From contig OZ024757.1 of NCBI GenBank assembly GCA_964016885.1, positions 27,156,001-27,220,000 of the forward strand: DNA of 64,000 nucleotides, in the 5' to 3' direction. Each line of letters begins with the position of its first letter. Position 1 is the first letter of the stretch. Under the pieces are notes generated by a model. That model did no database searches. It was given only the letters and a program-made list of their open reading frames with translations, and had not been told where the DNA came from. The DNA comes from Eledone cirrhosa. Its lineage: Eukaryota. This document shows, piece after piece, positions 39,497 through 53,890 of the stretch. Made by a program: the position numbers and the translations under genes.

Positions 39497-39583
<87 letters not shown>

Positions 39584-40863
39584 GAAAATCTCTTTCGGGA
39601 AAATTATTGGATTTTTCCAAATTTAAAAGTTTCTTAAGAATTTTCAATGTTTATTTCAGGTTTTGCTGTCATAACTGATGAGTCCTCGGTGAAATATGTA
39701 TAACAGAGTTTTAATTAAACCTGAATCAACTGAATATGGCCTCCGATTTTTTAGTTATATATATATATATATATATGTATATGTGTGTGTATGTATATAT
39801 ATATCATCATCATCATCGTTTAATGTCTATCTTCCACGCTAGCATGGGTTAGACGGGAGTTGTCCCACTTGAGGCAAGATTGGTCGGGTGACCGTGTGTC
39901 GCTCGTATAGGACTATCTGGCAGGTTTTCTACGGCTGGATACCCTTGTATATATATATATATATATAATGTTGGGTGGGCCATACAGAGGCTTTCTGGAG
40001 AACTGTCACAGACAGCATTACTGCATTCACTTTGTACCTTAATATACACCAAGTATTTCTTTGATTTATTATTTCTCTCCCCAGTTACCTTGAACATCCT
40101 ATTTATCTATCTATTCTCTTTCTCCCTTTCTTTCTGCATTATATATATATAGAGAGAGAGATAGAGAGCGGTGAATTGGCAGTATCGGTAGAGGGTCGGA
40201 CGCCATGCTTTCTAGGATAGTTACGTCTCTTTATGGTCTGAGTTCAAATAATGCACTGGGTAATTGCTGGCCTTGTGCCAAAAGTAGAAACAATTATATA
40301 TATATATATACATAATTAGTTACCTGTATATGTCACTGTTGTAACTAATTATACTTAACTCGTCCTATGGACTGAGAGCTCTTCTTACTCCCTTGGACAT
40401 TTCTACCAAACTTATACTACAGTATATATATATAAATGGATAGCAATGGACAAAAATCCCTCAGAGGACAGAGACCAGCGGCCAGTGGTTGGCAGAAAGA
40501 CAATCTACGATGTGGGTGACAGGCAGATGAAATATAGAAAAGATTGAAGAGGAAGAAGACATGCAGAAGTGTGTGGCTGCACAAACGAGACTGGAAGAAG
40601 GAAATAAAGGCAATATACACCACCTTTCTTTATTTCCTTCTTCCAGTCATATATATATATGTGTGGAGAGAGAGAGATAAATAGACACAACTCATAGACA
40701 TTTGAACAGAGAAAAAAATAGAAGGCTCGCAAAAAGGCGGTTAAAACTACACCTGATAACTGAACTCTCAATAGGTTGTTAAACGGCTGGCTTCTTAATC
40801 AGTACTACCATTATATAACAGCGTAATTATTACATATAGTTCATATGTATTGTTCTTTCTCTC

Positions 40864-40920
<57 letters not shown>

Positions 40921-42359
40921 GTGTATATATATACTATATATATATTATTATGTAGTTTATATTCTGTTGTTACAGCTTAACTAGTGGGAAAACTGATCTT
41001 TGTAGTGGATTGGTGACCAAAATAGAAGACCAGAAAACACGCAGCTGGTAGTGAACTGGACTGAACAGGTTTATTTTTTTTATCATCACACATACACATA
41101 TAGACATATATATACATCCATATAAACAGACATAGATATCTATTTATAAACACACACACACATGTACATGTAAATACATATGTATATACATATACATATG
41201 TATATATACATGTATATATATATATACACACATATATAACCCATGCTAGTGTGGAAGATGGACGTTAAATGAAGATGATGATGATATATTACACATACAC
41301 ATACATCATCATCATCATCATCATTTTACATCAGCTTTTCCCTACACCCCTATCCACGTTAATGATGTTGTCCAAGGGAAAGGCAACGGCTGGTACAGCT
41401 TGGCACCAGTGATGTCACAACTCATTCCTACAGCTGAGTGAACTGGAGCAATGTGAAATAAAGTGTCTTGCTCAAGAACACAATGTAAAGCCCAGTCTGA
41501 GAATCAAACTCACAACCTCACAATTGTAAGCCGACGCTCTGACCACTAAGCCATGAGCCTTCATTATCTATCTATATCTTTCTCTGTAAAGTTATGTTGG
41601 TACCACAACATCCAGTCCTAAATAAATGAGGTCGTGTAGGTGTCACGACAAAAAAAAAAACACACAGTCCACTCTGTAACGTGGCCGTGTAGGTAACACG
41701 GTAAAAACCTCCCAGTCCACACTGTAAACATGGTTGGTGTGAGGAAGGGCATCCAGCCGTAGAAAACCCGCCAAGATAGTCCTATACGAGCAAGACAACT
41801 AATCTTGCCTCACGTGGGACAATTCCCGTCTAAACCCATGCTAGCATGGAAGATAAACGTTAAATGATGATGATATATATAGATATATATCTTGAGCCTC
41901 TAACTGGATCCAACAATGAGTGTAGCAGTTGTTTTACCAATAGAACTGCCTGCTCGTGAAATTAACGTGCAAGTGACTGAGCATTCCAGAGACACTCAAG
42001 CAACCTTAATGCAATTCTCAGGGAGATTCAATATAACACTTAGTATGACAAAGCTGGCCCTTTGAATTACAGATACAACTCATTTTTGCCAGGTGAGTGG
42101 CCTGGAGCAATGTTTAATAAAGTGTCTTGCTGAAGAAGTATATGGAGAGGTGGAACGTTGTCATAAGACCACTGCTGTGCTTGGTTCTAAGATACGATAA
42201 AACAAAGATTTGTCAACCAGCAAAATAAAAATAAAACCAGTTTCTGACACAGGTTCCAAAATTAATGGCCCACAGCTGAGCTGAAGTTGTATTTTTATGT
42301 ATGATGCAAACTGAAATGTTTAGTGTTAGTGCATTGAAAGTGCAGAAGCATGATTGATA

Positions 42360-42393
<34 letters not shown>

Positions 42394-42623
42394 AGAACTG
42401 AATAAACTATATCATCATCATCAACATTTTACATCTGCTTCCCATGTTGGCATAGGTTGGACAGGTTCTCATGGTGGGAGCCAGTTCTTATTCAAAACTA
42501 CTACCCTCCCTCCTTTCCTAGAAGAGTTGAGAGATCACTTCATGCTCATATGTTACAATTTTGGAATGGTTTCTATGGCCAGATGCCCCTCTTAAGACTA
42601 ACCACTTTGCAGACTGGCGCTTT

Positions 42624-42755
42624 AGTTCGGATCTAGATGTTGAAATAGCTGGAGCTCAGCTGTCGAGGTCCTGATTCTTTTCATATTACCCACTCTGCTA
42701 CCCCAAGTATAGAGTACTCTGGTGGGTTATGGTTTTTTACCACATCCTATCTGAT
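42624..42755 (+). mobile_element. Hairpin-family element lacking the left arm
   Basis: gttcggatctagatgttgaaatagctggagctcagctgtcgaggtcctga followed by the shared tail. Confidence 0.55.
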
Positions 42756-44744
42756 ATATATATACACACACACATTTTTCATCATCATCATCATTTCATT
42801 TTACGTCCGCTTTTTCCCTGCTTGCAAGGGTGGGACGGGAACTGATTCTGGCTTGATTTCTACAGCTGGATGCCCTTCCTAACACCAACCTCATTTACAG
42901 TGAGTGCTGGGTGCTTTTTTGCCATGGCACCTCCACGACCACTTTACAGTGGAATGATATATATATATATATATGTAAATATGGTTGGTGTTAGGAAGGG
43001 CATCCAACCGTAGAAAACCTGCCAGGGACAGTTCTGTATGAGCGAGACACAGTCTCCCAACCAATCTCGCCTCAAGTGGAACACAACCATCCAACTCATG
43101 CTAGCGTGGAAGATGGATGTTAAACGATGATGATGATATATATATATATATATATATGGATACATATATACACATGTATGTACATGGATGTGTAGACATA
43201 CATATATACATGAATGCTGTACATGCATGTCTATATATATGCGCATGTGAACACATACACATGCACCTGTTTATACATACATATATACATATATACATAT
43301 GTATGTGCATGTGTGTGTGTCGACATGTGCATGATGTGTATAGTGCTCTAGCATGACCATAGAAGCTTTGATGGCTAAAAGAAACTAAAGAACTGAACAC
43401 GTGTTGAAAGAGGGGTTCACATTAGAAGGTGCACCCTGACTCAACCCCCTCCACCTTCACCCAGGGTAGATGTTATTAAGACAAGCAAGAAGGGAGTGGG
43501 GGGGAGAACTTAGCAAGAAATATTTAGGTCAGAACTGAGAACACTGGTCCTTCTTGCAATGGTGCGGTGGCGGTGGTGGTATGGTGGTGACAGTGGTGGT
43601 GGTGGCGGCAGTGGTGGTGATGGTGACAGTGGTGGTGGTGATGGTGACAGTGGTGACGGTGACATTGGTGGTGGTGGCAGTGTTGGTAGCAGTGGTGGTG
43701 GTGGAAGTAGTGGTGATGGGGACAGTGGTGGTGACAGTGCTGGTGGTGGTGACAGGAGCAGTTGTGGAAGTGATGGTGGTGGTGGCTGTGACAGTGGTGG
43801 AAGTGGTGGTGGTGAAGGACTTAGACATACAAACAACTGCTTTACTGCAGACCCCAAAAAATATGCAGCCGGCAGACATGTGACATGCAAGTGATGATAA
43901 TGGTAGTAGTGGTAGTGGTGGTGGTGGTGGTAGTGGTGGTAGGGATAGTGGTAGTGGTGGTAGTAGTAGCAGTAGTGGTGGTAGTGACGGTGGTGGTGGT
44001 AGTAGTAGTAGTGGTGATAGTGGTGGTGGTGGTAGCAGTAGTGGTGGTGATAGTAGTAGTGGTGGTGGTGGCAGTAGTAGTAGTAGTGGTGGTGGTGGTG
44101 GTAGTAGTAGTAGTGGTGGTGGTGGTGGTGATAGTAGTAGTGGTGGTGGTAGTAGTGGGGATAGTGGTATTGCTGTTAGGGTTGACGATGATGATGACAG
44201 TAATAATAATAATGATGTTGATGGTGGTGATGACAATGATGTTGATGGTGGTGATGACAATGATGGTGGTGGTGGTGATGACATATTTGTGTATGCATGG
44301 GAACAAATAAACACATACACACATATGCATATCCACATTCATACACACAAACACACACACATGCTTACACTCAGACACATACACATGCCAACACTCAGAT
44401 TCACACACATGCCCACATTCATATACACACACAAGCATGTCCACACTCATACACACACATATGCTTACACTCAGACACACAGATGCCAACACATAGCCAC
44501 ACACATATACATGCCCACATTCATATATAAACATATCTACACAGAGGGAACCTTAATGTGGTAGTTTGATCTACTAGAAATAGCAGCAAAATTTCCTTCA
44601 AATCAAAACTTACCATCTTAAAACCTGGCAAGACACCTTGGTGAACATAGTATAAGGTTATATAAAGATAGTTAAGGTTACAGGGTGGACTGGGTGCCTT
44701 TTGTTGTGGCACTGGCATTCAATGCTCATATTTCACACTTCATT

Positions 44745-45040
44745 CACATTAAGTGCCCATATTTGACACATCATCCCCTACATTCAATGCCCATATTTCA
44801 CACATTACCCCTTACATTCAATGTCCATATTTCACACATCATCCCCTACATTCAATGCCCATATTTCACACATCACCCCTTACATTCAATGCCCATATTT
44901 CACACATCATCCCCTACATTCAATGCCCATATTTCACACATCATCCCCTACATTCAATGCCCATATTTCACACATCATCCCCTACATTCAATGCCCATAT
45001 TTCACACATCATCCCCTACATTCAATGCCCATATTTCACT
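44745..45040. repeat. 34-bp minisatellite
   Basis: catcatcccctacattcaatgcccatatttcaca, about 8 copies. Confidence 0.92.
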
Positions 45041-45784
45041 CCATCTAATGCCCGTTTCACATATCCTCTACATTTAAGTGATAGTCATGTTCTTTTTATC
45101 TGGTACTCATCTCCTGTACCATCACCAATTAGTAGAACACAGAGGAGCAACACACATACAGCCACACATATTGAGAGAGAGGGAGGGGAGAGAGAGGGGG
45201 GAGAGAGAGAGGAGAGAGAGATGATCCATACAGATTCAGGCATAGACACACTCGGACATCCACAGAGACACAGGAACCAACACATATGCAGCTACGCAGA
45301 GAGCTATACGCCCAGACATACATAACCATACACACTCACAGAGCTATACATACAGACACATACACACTCACAGAGCTATACATACAGACACATACACACA
45401 CACAGAGCTATACATACAGGCTCATACACACACACACACACACAGAGCTATACATAGACTCATACACACACAACCATACACACACAGAGCTATACATACA
45501 GACACATACACACACAACCATACACACACACAGAGCTATACATACAGACACATACACACACAACCATACACACACACAGAGCTATACATTCAGACACATA
45601 CACACACACATAACTATACATACAGACACATACACAACCACTGAGACATGCAGACATACACACATACACAGATAACTATATGTTCAGACACAAACACACA
45701 CATACATAGAGAACTATATGTTCAGACACATACACACACAGCCACAGAGACATACACACATACATAGAGAACTATATGTTCAGA

Positions 45785-46792
45785 CAGACACACTGGGAGG
45801 TACACACACACAGACACACTGGGAGGTACACACACACAGACACACTGGGATGTACACACACAGACACACTGGGAGGTACACACACACAGACACACTGGGA
45901 TGTACACACACAGACACACTGGGAGGTACACACACACAGACACACTGGGAGGTACACACACACACAGACACACTGGGAGGTACACACACACAGACACACT
46001 AGGAGGTACACACACAGACACACTAGGAGGTACATACACACAGACACACTAGGAGGTACATACACACAGACACACTAGGAGGTACATACACACAGGCACT
46101 GGGAGGTACACACACACAGACACACTGGGAGGTACACACACACACAGACACACTGGGAGGTACACACACACAGACACACTAGGAGGTACACACACACAGA
46201 CACACTAGGAGGTACATACACAGACACACTAGGAGGTACACACACACAGACACACTGGGAGGTACATACATACACAGACACACTGGGAGGTACATACATA
46301 CACAGACACACTGGGAGGTACATACATACACAGACACACTGGGAGGTACACACACACAGACACACTGGGAGGTACATACACACAGGCACACTAGGAGGTA
46401 CACACACACAGACACACTGGGAGGTACATACACACAGACACTGGGAGGTACACACACACAGACACACTGGGAGGTACACACACACAGACACACTGGGAGG
46501 TACATACACACAGACACACTAGGAGGTACACACACACAGACACACTGGGAGGTACACACACACAGACACACTGGGAGGTACACACACACAGACACACTGG
46601 GAGGTACATACACACAGACACACTAGGAGGTACATACACACAGGCACACTAGGAGGTTCACACACACAGACACACTGGGAGGTACATACACACAGACACA
46701 CTAGGAGGTACATACACACAGGCACACTAGGAGGTTCACACACACAGACACACTGGGAGGTACATACACACAGACACACTAGGAGGTACACA
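45785..46792. repeat. ~26-bp minisatellite, ~1 kb
   Basis: cagacacactgggaggtacacacaca, with variable CA number. Confidence 0.95.
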
Positions 46793-46818
46793 TCCAGACA
46801 CATTGAAAACGATATGTT

Positions 46819-46880
<62 letters not shown>

Positions 46881-47025
46881 AGTATCTTGATACAGTCACA
46901 CACAACCACACTAGGAGGTACACATACAGTCACACATACACATTACACAACCACAGTCAATGATATGTTCAGATACAGAGAGAGAGGGAGAGTATGTTTA
47001 AACAGAGTCACCTACATACACATAC

Positions 47026-47056
<31 letters not shown>

Positions 47057-47290
47057 ATGTTTAAACAGTCACCTACATACACAGAGAGGGAGAGAGATAG
47101 CGAGAGAGAGAGAGAGAGAGAGACACACAGACAGCCAGGTATATTACATTACAACAGAGAGACGAGTTGAACCATCATCGAGTTGTCAAATATCGATTAA
47201 ACAGTGATTTCCTTGTCATTCTGACTGCAGCAGCGGCAACAACAACAACAGCAGTAGTAACTGCAGAAGCACATGGAGGTTTAATGTGTG

Positions 47291-47343
<53 letters not shown>

Positions 47344-47545
47344 GTGATAGTCCTGTAGAAGCCATTTCTATATTAAATTTGTTGTATACACTCTACTAAT
47401 GTATTGTGTACTTTACTTAATGTGGTTACCCCCAATTGAATCCAGGACTCACATTTATATAAAAGGTAAACAGAAATAACAATACAAACAGTACAGTATA
47501 TAGAAGGAATATATTAGTTTAACACTTGAAATGGCAGGAAGAGTA

Positions 47546-47581
47546 TCTTAACGTTTCAGACGCTAGTCCTTCATCAGAAGA
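47546..47581 (-). ncRNA. Very short hammerhead ribozyme motif (second family)
   Basis: tctt-CTGATGA-a-ggac-tagc-gtct-GAAA-cg-TT-aaga. Lies within a repeat (47461-47610) shared with 21455-21600. Confidence 0.62.
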
Positions 47582-48134
47582 AAGAATGAAAAATTAGAAA
47601 GATTGAAGGAACACACACACACACACATATATATATATAATAGAAAAAAAAAACAGGTAGTTTTGTTTACATATAAAAATAAACAAGGTCAGCTGACTGG
47701 ACACTGCCCTCAACAGGACAACCCGTCTAACCCATGCTAGCGTGGAAGAACGGATGTAAAACGGTGATGATAATGATGATTATATATATATATAGTAAAT
47801 AAGTGTTGAATAACACGGATCGGCTGTACAATAGGGTTTATTCAAAGATTAACAGTTGTTTCATTAGTTCAGTGTGTCTAAAAATTGCTGCTTGTAAGAT
47901 GTGTGTGTATATATATATATATATGTATATAAATACAAATAAATTATCGAGAATCGGAACTTCAGCCCACGAAATAACGAAAAACAATCTTCGAAATGTG
48001 CGGCAAAGTGCTCAATGGTTCAGATAAACCAGAGCTATAACTAACGTTTAATACCAACACACTGAGACGATGCTTAAACAATCATTCGCACAGCCAAAAA
48101 TACGACCAAGAAAATTCAGGTCAAACAAATATAT

Positions 48135-48325
48135 ATAGGAAAATGTTTAACCCCGACAGCAGAGCTCAAGCCGTTTCGACGGCTATTTCTGGAGATAGCT
48201 GTCGAAACGGCTTGAGCTCTGCCGTCAGGGTTAAACATTTTCCTATCACCCACTCTACTACCCTAAGTATTGAGTACTCTGGTGCGTTATGGTCCATCTG
48301 GTTCCTTACCACCCCTCCTTCGTTA
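48135..48325 (+). mobile_element. Hairpin-headed element, same family
   Basis: Inverted repeat 48135-48246 plus the shared tail. Confidence 0.7.
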
Positions 48326-49069
48326 TATATATATATATCCACATGGCCTGATCCTTTGTCATCGCCTCTGTGAGTTTCAGTGATTTGAGGTCAGCTCTCA
48401 CAACTTCTGACAGGGTCTTTCTTGGTCTACCTCGATCACATTTATGTATAAATGTGTGTATTTATATATATATATATATATAACTATGTGAAGGCACATG
48501 GCTTAGTGTTTAGGGTATTCACTTTATGGTTGGAAAGTCATGAGTTCAATTCCCTGGTGGTAAGTGATGTTCTTGAGCAAGACACTTTATTTCAGGTTGC
48601 TCCTACCCACTGGCAAAAATGAGTGGTACCTGTAATTCAAAGGGCCAGCCTTATCACATACTGTGTCATGCAGGAATCTCCCTGAGAACTACTTTAAGGG
48701 CACACATTGCTGTGGAATGTTCAGCCACCTGCACATTAACTTCAGTAGCAGGCTGTTCTGTAGATCTAACATTGTTGGAACTGATGGATGTCCAATACAC
48801 ATGTGTATGTGTAACTGTCTGTCTGTGTGTGTGCCCATGTCTTTGTATGTATGTGTATGCCTGTCTGTGTGTACTTGTGTACACCTGTGTGTGTGTATGT
48901 ATACATGTGTTTTTGTGTATGTGTGTGTGTGTGCATATCGTTTAGTGTGTTTGTGTGTGTACATATGTGTGTATAGATGTGTGTGTGTGTGTGGGCTTCA
49001 TACGATTTCCTTGTTATATTGACTACATCAAGTAGCAGCAGCACGTTGTTCCCTATGTAATGTGTGTGT

Positions 49070-49440
49070 GTGTGCGTGTGTTTCTATGTTGACACCTGTG
49101 TGTGTGTGTCTATGTGGACAGCTGTGTGTGTGTGTGTGTGTGTGTGTATGTTACACCTGTCTGTGTGTGTGTGTCTATGTGGACACCTGTGTGTGTGTGT
49201 GTCTATGTGGACACCTGTCTGTGCGTGTCTATGTGTCTATGTGGACACGTGTGTTTGTGTGTGTGTGTGTCTATGTTACACCTGTGTGTGTGTGTCTATG
49301 TTGACACCTGTGTGTGTGTGACTATGTGGACACCTGTGTGTGTGTGACTATGTGGACACCTGTCTGTGTGTGTGTGTGTGTGTCTATGTTACACCTGTCT
49401 GTGTGTCTGTGTGTGTCTATGTTACACCTGTCTGTGTGTG
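49070..49440. repeat. TG-based minisatellite
   Basis: tctatgtggacacc(tg)n units. Confidence 0.85.
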
Positions 49441-49989
49441 TGTGAATGTGGCTTTGTACCAGTGTGTGTGTGTGCGTATGTGTGTGCAAAAGTACCTGTA
49501 TATATGTTTGTGTGAACACGTGTACATATTAATCTCTGTGAATGCGCTTCTATGTGTATGAGTGTTTGTGTGCATGTGTGTACGTGAGTGTATATCAGTT
49601 AGAGTGAGTGCATGTGTGTGCGTTAGTGTGTAGATGTGTGTGTGTTTAGTGTTGGTGTGCATGTGTTAATGTGTGTATTGCTATGTGTGTGTGAATGTGT
49701 GTATTGCTATAAATGTGAGTGTGTTACTATGTGTTGAGTATGCGTGTTTGTGTATATATTGCTATATGTGAAGGTGTAAATGTGAGTGTTGGTATGTGTG
49801 AGTGTGTGTGTGTATTTCTATATGTGAATGTGAAAGTCTGTGTGTGTATATAGCTATATGTGTGTGTGTGTATTTCTATATGTGAATGTGAAAGTCTATG
49901 TGTGTGTATATAGCTATATATGTGTGTGTGTATATGTGTCACTATGCCATTGAGTAAAGAAAGACATGAGAATTGTTAGAGCTAATAAT

Positions 49990-50169
49990 TGTTTCTACTT
50001 TAGGCACAAGGCCAGCAATTACCCAGTACATTACTGGTACTTTATTTTATCGACCCCGTAAGGATGAAAGTCAAAGTCAACCTCGGCGGGATTTGAACTG
50101 AGATCGTAAAGGGACGTAACTATGCTGGAAAGCATGGCGTCCGACCCTCTACCGATACTGCCAATCCAC
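49990..50169 (-). mobile_element. tRNA-derived SINE with Nin/Deu-like core; 16-bp TSD
   Basis: A-box tggcagtatcgg and B-box agttcaaatcc, core tttcatccttacggggtcgataaaataaagtaccag. TSD tgttagagctaataat at 49974 and 50170. Confidence 0.85.
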
Positions 50170-50537
50170 TGTTAGAGCTAATAATAATGGTTTGTACTAG
50201 AATGCAACCAGAAGAGACATGTCTATTGTTATTGCTATTATTTGGTTATCCAGGTTGTTGTTATTGTTGTTGTTGCCATTATTGTTTTTTGTTATCCTTG
50301 TTGTTGTTGCTATTATTATTGTTTTTGTTTCTGTTGTGTCATGTAATAAAGTTGAACTAAGAAATAATAATTTCCCCATTCTTCTGATACAATATCTCGA
50401 CTAGAAGAGATCATCGGCTCCATTTCCTTCCATGACATACCAATCTAAACAACTTCCTCACATCATTTCCCAGACTATGCCTTGTCAATGAAATTTGGTA
50501 AATGAAAACTGTGCAGAAAGAAGCCTGTTGAATAATA

Positions 50538-50721
50538 TTAATTGTTTCGGCACAAGGCCAGCAATTATCTCAGTGTATTACTGGTACTTTATTTTATCGA
50601 CCCCGTAAGGATGAAAGGCAAAGTTAACCTCGGCGGGATTTGAGCTCAGATCATAAAGGGCCGTAACTCTATGCTGCAAAGCATGGCGTCCGACCCTCTA
50701 CCGATACTGCCAATCCACCGC
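50538..50721 (-). mobile_element. Nin-like SINE; 14-bp TSD
   Basis: Same family. TSD cctgttgaataata at 50524 and 50722. Confidence 0.85.
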
Positions 50722-51274
50722 CCTGTTGAATAATACTAATAGTAATAATAATTGTTTCTGATTTAGGCACAAGGCCAGCAATTTGAAGCAAGTAAAGGGA
50801 TGTATTATGGTGCAAAGCATGTTGTCCGATGCTCTAGCAATACTGCCAGTCCACTGCTCTATATATATATATATATATATAGTCGTATATATGAGCAGGA
50901 CTCGGTCACTTGACCCAACCGGCCTCTAATGGATGTTAAATGATGATGATGATATATATATGTGATTTTGTGTATGTGTCTGTGTCTACATTTACAGTTT
51001 GTTTATATTCTGTGACTTAGCAGTTCAGCAAACAGAGATGAATAAAGCAAGTACCAGACTTTACAGAAAAAAAAAAAAATGAATTACTGTGGTTTGATAT
51101 AATTGACTAAATTCCTTGAAGGAGGTGCTCCAGCATGGCCACAGTCTAATGACAGAAACCAGTCAAGGAATAAAAGAATAAAATGTCATTACAGCTTCAG
51201 ATTAAATGTTTCACAATATTTGTTGCAGTGCTCAGCACTCTGAGTTCAAATTTGCTTTACATCCTTTTGGGGGT

Positions 51275-51555
51275 TGATAAATAAAGAACCAGCCATATGC
51301 TGGGGTCAATAAATAAAGTACCAGTCATATGCTGGAGTCAATAAATAAAGTACCAGTCATATGCTGGGAGTCAATAAATAAAGTACCAGTCATATACTGG
51401 GAGTCAATAAATAAAGTACCAGTCATATGCTGGGAGTCAATAAATAAAGTACCAGTCATATGCTGGGAGTCAATAAATAAAGTACCAGTCATATGCTGGG
51501 GGTCAATAAATAAAGTACCAGTCATATGCTCTGGTCAATAAATAAAGTACCAGTG
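51275..51555. repeat. 33-bp minisatellite derived from the SINE core
   Basis: gtcaataaataaagtaccagtcatatgctggga, about 8 copies, directly continuing a SINE head at ~51235. Confidence 0.88.
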
Positions 51556-52097
51556 AAATATGGGTGGGGTAGGCAGTAGAAATTATTAGAGCAGCTTGTT
51601 ACATCCTTGAGCAAGACACTTTATTTCATGCTGCTCCAGTTCACTCAGCTGGCAAAAAAATGGGTCGTGCCTGAAATTTAAAGGACCAACTTTGTCACAC
51701 ATTGTAGCATACTGAGTCTCCCTGAGGACTACATTAAAGATTCCCTGCTACTGTCAACACCAACACCATCACCACTAACCCTAGCACTGGTACCACCACC
51801 ATCCCCATCAATAGTACCACCACCACCACCACCACCATCCCCATCAATAGTACCACCACCATCAGTATAGCCAGGCTTAGTGAACATGAGGTGTTGCCGC
51901 AGGATATTGCTACTTATCCTGCAATAACTGGATTAATCACTAAGTACTACTGTATTTAACTGGTCTTAATCTCTCTCTCTTTCCTTATCTTTCTATCTCA
52001 TATATATATGCATACAGGGTGTCCCCCCAAAATATATACACATTGACTAGAATACTGTTGAAGTATGTATACATTTTTGGGACACCCTGTATGTATG

Positions 52098-52198
<101 letters not shown>

Positions 52199-52266
52199 TG
52201 TGTCCCCAAATATGTATACATACTGATTAGAATGCTGTTGAAGTATGTATACATTTGGGGACACCC

Positions 52267-52297
<31 letters not shown>

Positions 52298-52682
52298 CTT
52301 CTGGTCTACCTCTATCCATCTCTCTCTCTATCATCTAATGAGGAAAGTGAAAACTAATACACAGGCTTTTTACTACTCACTGTTAGCTTGCTCAACTTGT
52401 TAGAAATAGCAGATGAATTCACCTCAAATCACATCCTACGTTTTTAGAAAAATCAAAAAGGAACAAAAACAAAACAAAAGGGACATGTTAGATGAGGTAG
52501 GGCAACTCTTTTCAAGCAGGGGGTCACATGAGATAAGGCTCAGACTCATCAGAAGTTGCGCTACTAAAAAGAATTCAAGGCAATTTTTCATTAGGAATGC
52601 CATTTAGAAAGCCAAATGGGCCACAGTTCACCTATGAATGCATTAGAGATCATGGAACCTTCTATGACGAGCATTCTCTTGT

Positions 52683-52897
52683 TTAATCCTTTAGCATTTA
52701 CATTACTCTAATATTTACTATTGTATTTCCACAGTAAAGACTTTACCTCACACAATTATCTAACATAATATTAAATCTATGAGATTTTGAGAACAATACC
52801 TTAACATCAGTATGAGCGGCTCATTACAGCCGGTTTGAACAAAGAGAGGTGAGAGAATTTTGGCCAGATACGGCCAGTTTAAATGTTAAAGTGTTAA
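52683..52897. mobile_element. Same TTAA MITE family
   Basis: ttaatcctttagcattta ... taaatgttaaagtgttaa. Confidence 0.68.
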
Positions 52898-53164
52898 TCA
52901 ATGAGCTTCCACAGTTTCCTAACAAGCTACAGTAATCCATTCTCAGCTCATCAAATATACATTGCAATATATATGCAACACCCAATTGGGAATGAAACCT
53001 CATAAGGCTAGCCATTTCTTTTAGTATTCTTAGTAAAAACATAAGTGAAAAGTCTCCACCAGTTTTGTTTTCTTCTTCTTAACAATACTGTGGAAACCTT
53101 TAAGAGGTTATCTACCAGGAATGTAGCCTAAATTATGATTCCAGGATTCAGGATATATATATAT

Positions 53165-53422
53165 ATCAATGATATTAATAAATGGAAACTATATTTATAA
53201 AACCATATTTATTCTATTATATATATTTCAAGGGTACCAAAACTTTGGTACGCTCTCATCAGATAAAATACAAAGTTTGTTTTATAAATATTGATATATT
53301 CAGGAACGAGATTAACAGTTCAAGTCTTACCTGGATAGTTTTACTTGTTGAGTGCTTCGAATCAGTTATAAATATATATATATTTGTTGAATTACCAACA
53401 AATTAAATATCCCTTTGCTTAT
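53165..53422. mobile_element. Penelope-like terminal fragment with hammerhead
   Basis: Same architecture and sequence family as 6011-6322, with (TA)n flanks. Confidence 0.6.
53210..53270 (-). ncRNA. Minimal type I hammerhead ribozyme motif
   Basis: tattttat-CTGATGA-gagcgtaccaaa-gt-tttggtaccctt-GAAA-t-atat-a-TA-atagaata. Confidence 0.75.
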
Positions 53423-53890
53423 ATATATAAAGATTAACTGAATGTAAAACTTGCCAAGATGGCGACTAATTTCTTCATCATTTTTTATAAGCTCGATATT
53501 CTACAGTATTTTGGGGTTTGTTTTTTGTTATTTTGTATATGGTATAGTTCATCTTTATCCCTTTTATGATATCATTATAAGCATTTTAATTTCCTCTGAA
53601 GATTCTAAATCAAGGCCTATTTATAGGTGATTTCAGATCGAATTTAATTCTATTCTGTAAGCAAGCCTTGGGTTGCCTTATCTAGATAAAACATTATAGA
53701 AGAAATAAATAATGTTGATGTGTATTTTGATTATCCAATTCTCCATCATAACTTTTTGTTTATATATATATATATATAATGTTTATCCCGGGTTCAATCG
53801 GAGGTGACTGATGATTTCTCCCGAATGAAACAGTTCTAGTCCTGTAGAAGCCATTTCTATATTATATAGTAAATATATATCTATCTATAT

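Noticed and set aside
43510-46933. Many long low-complexity ORFs (poly-T/V/P/G, HT, CV)
   Set aside because: Translations of micro- and minisatellites with no splice or domain support. The same applies to the YI/HT/CV ORFs throughout the window.
53594-53650. CTGAAGA-hairpin-GAAT hammerhead-like string
   Set aside because: The GAAA core and stem I are not satisfied. At most a decayed relic.
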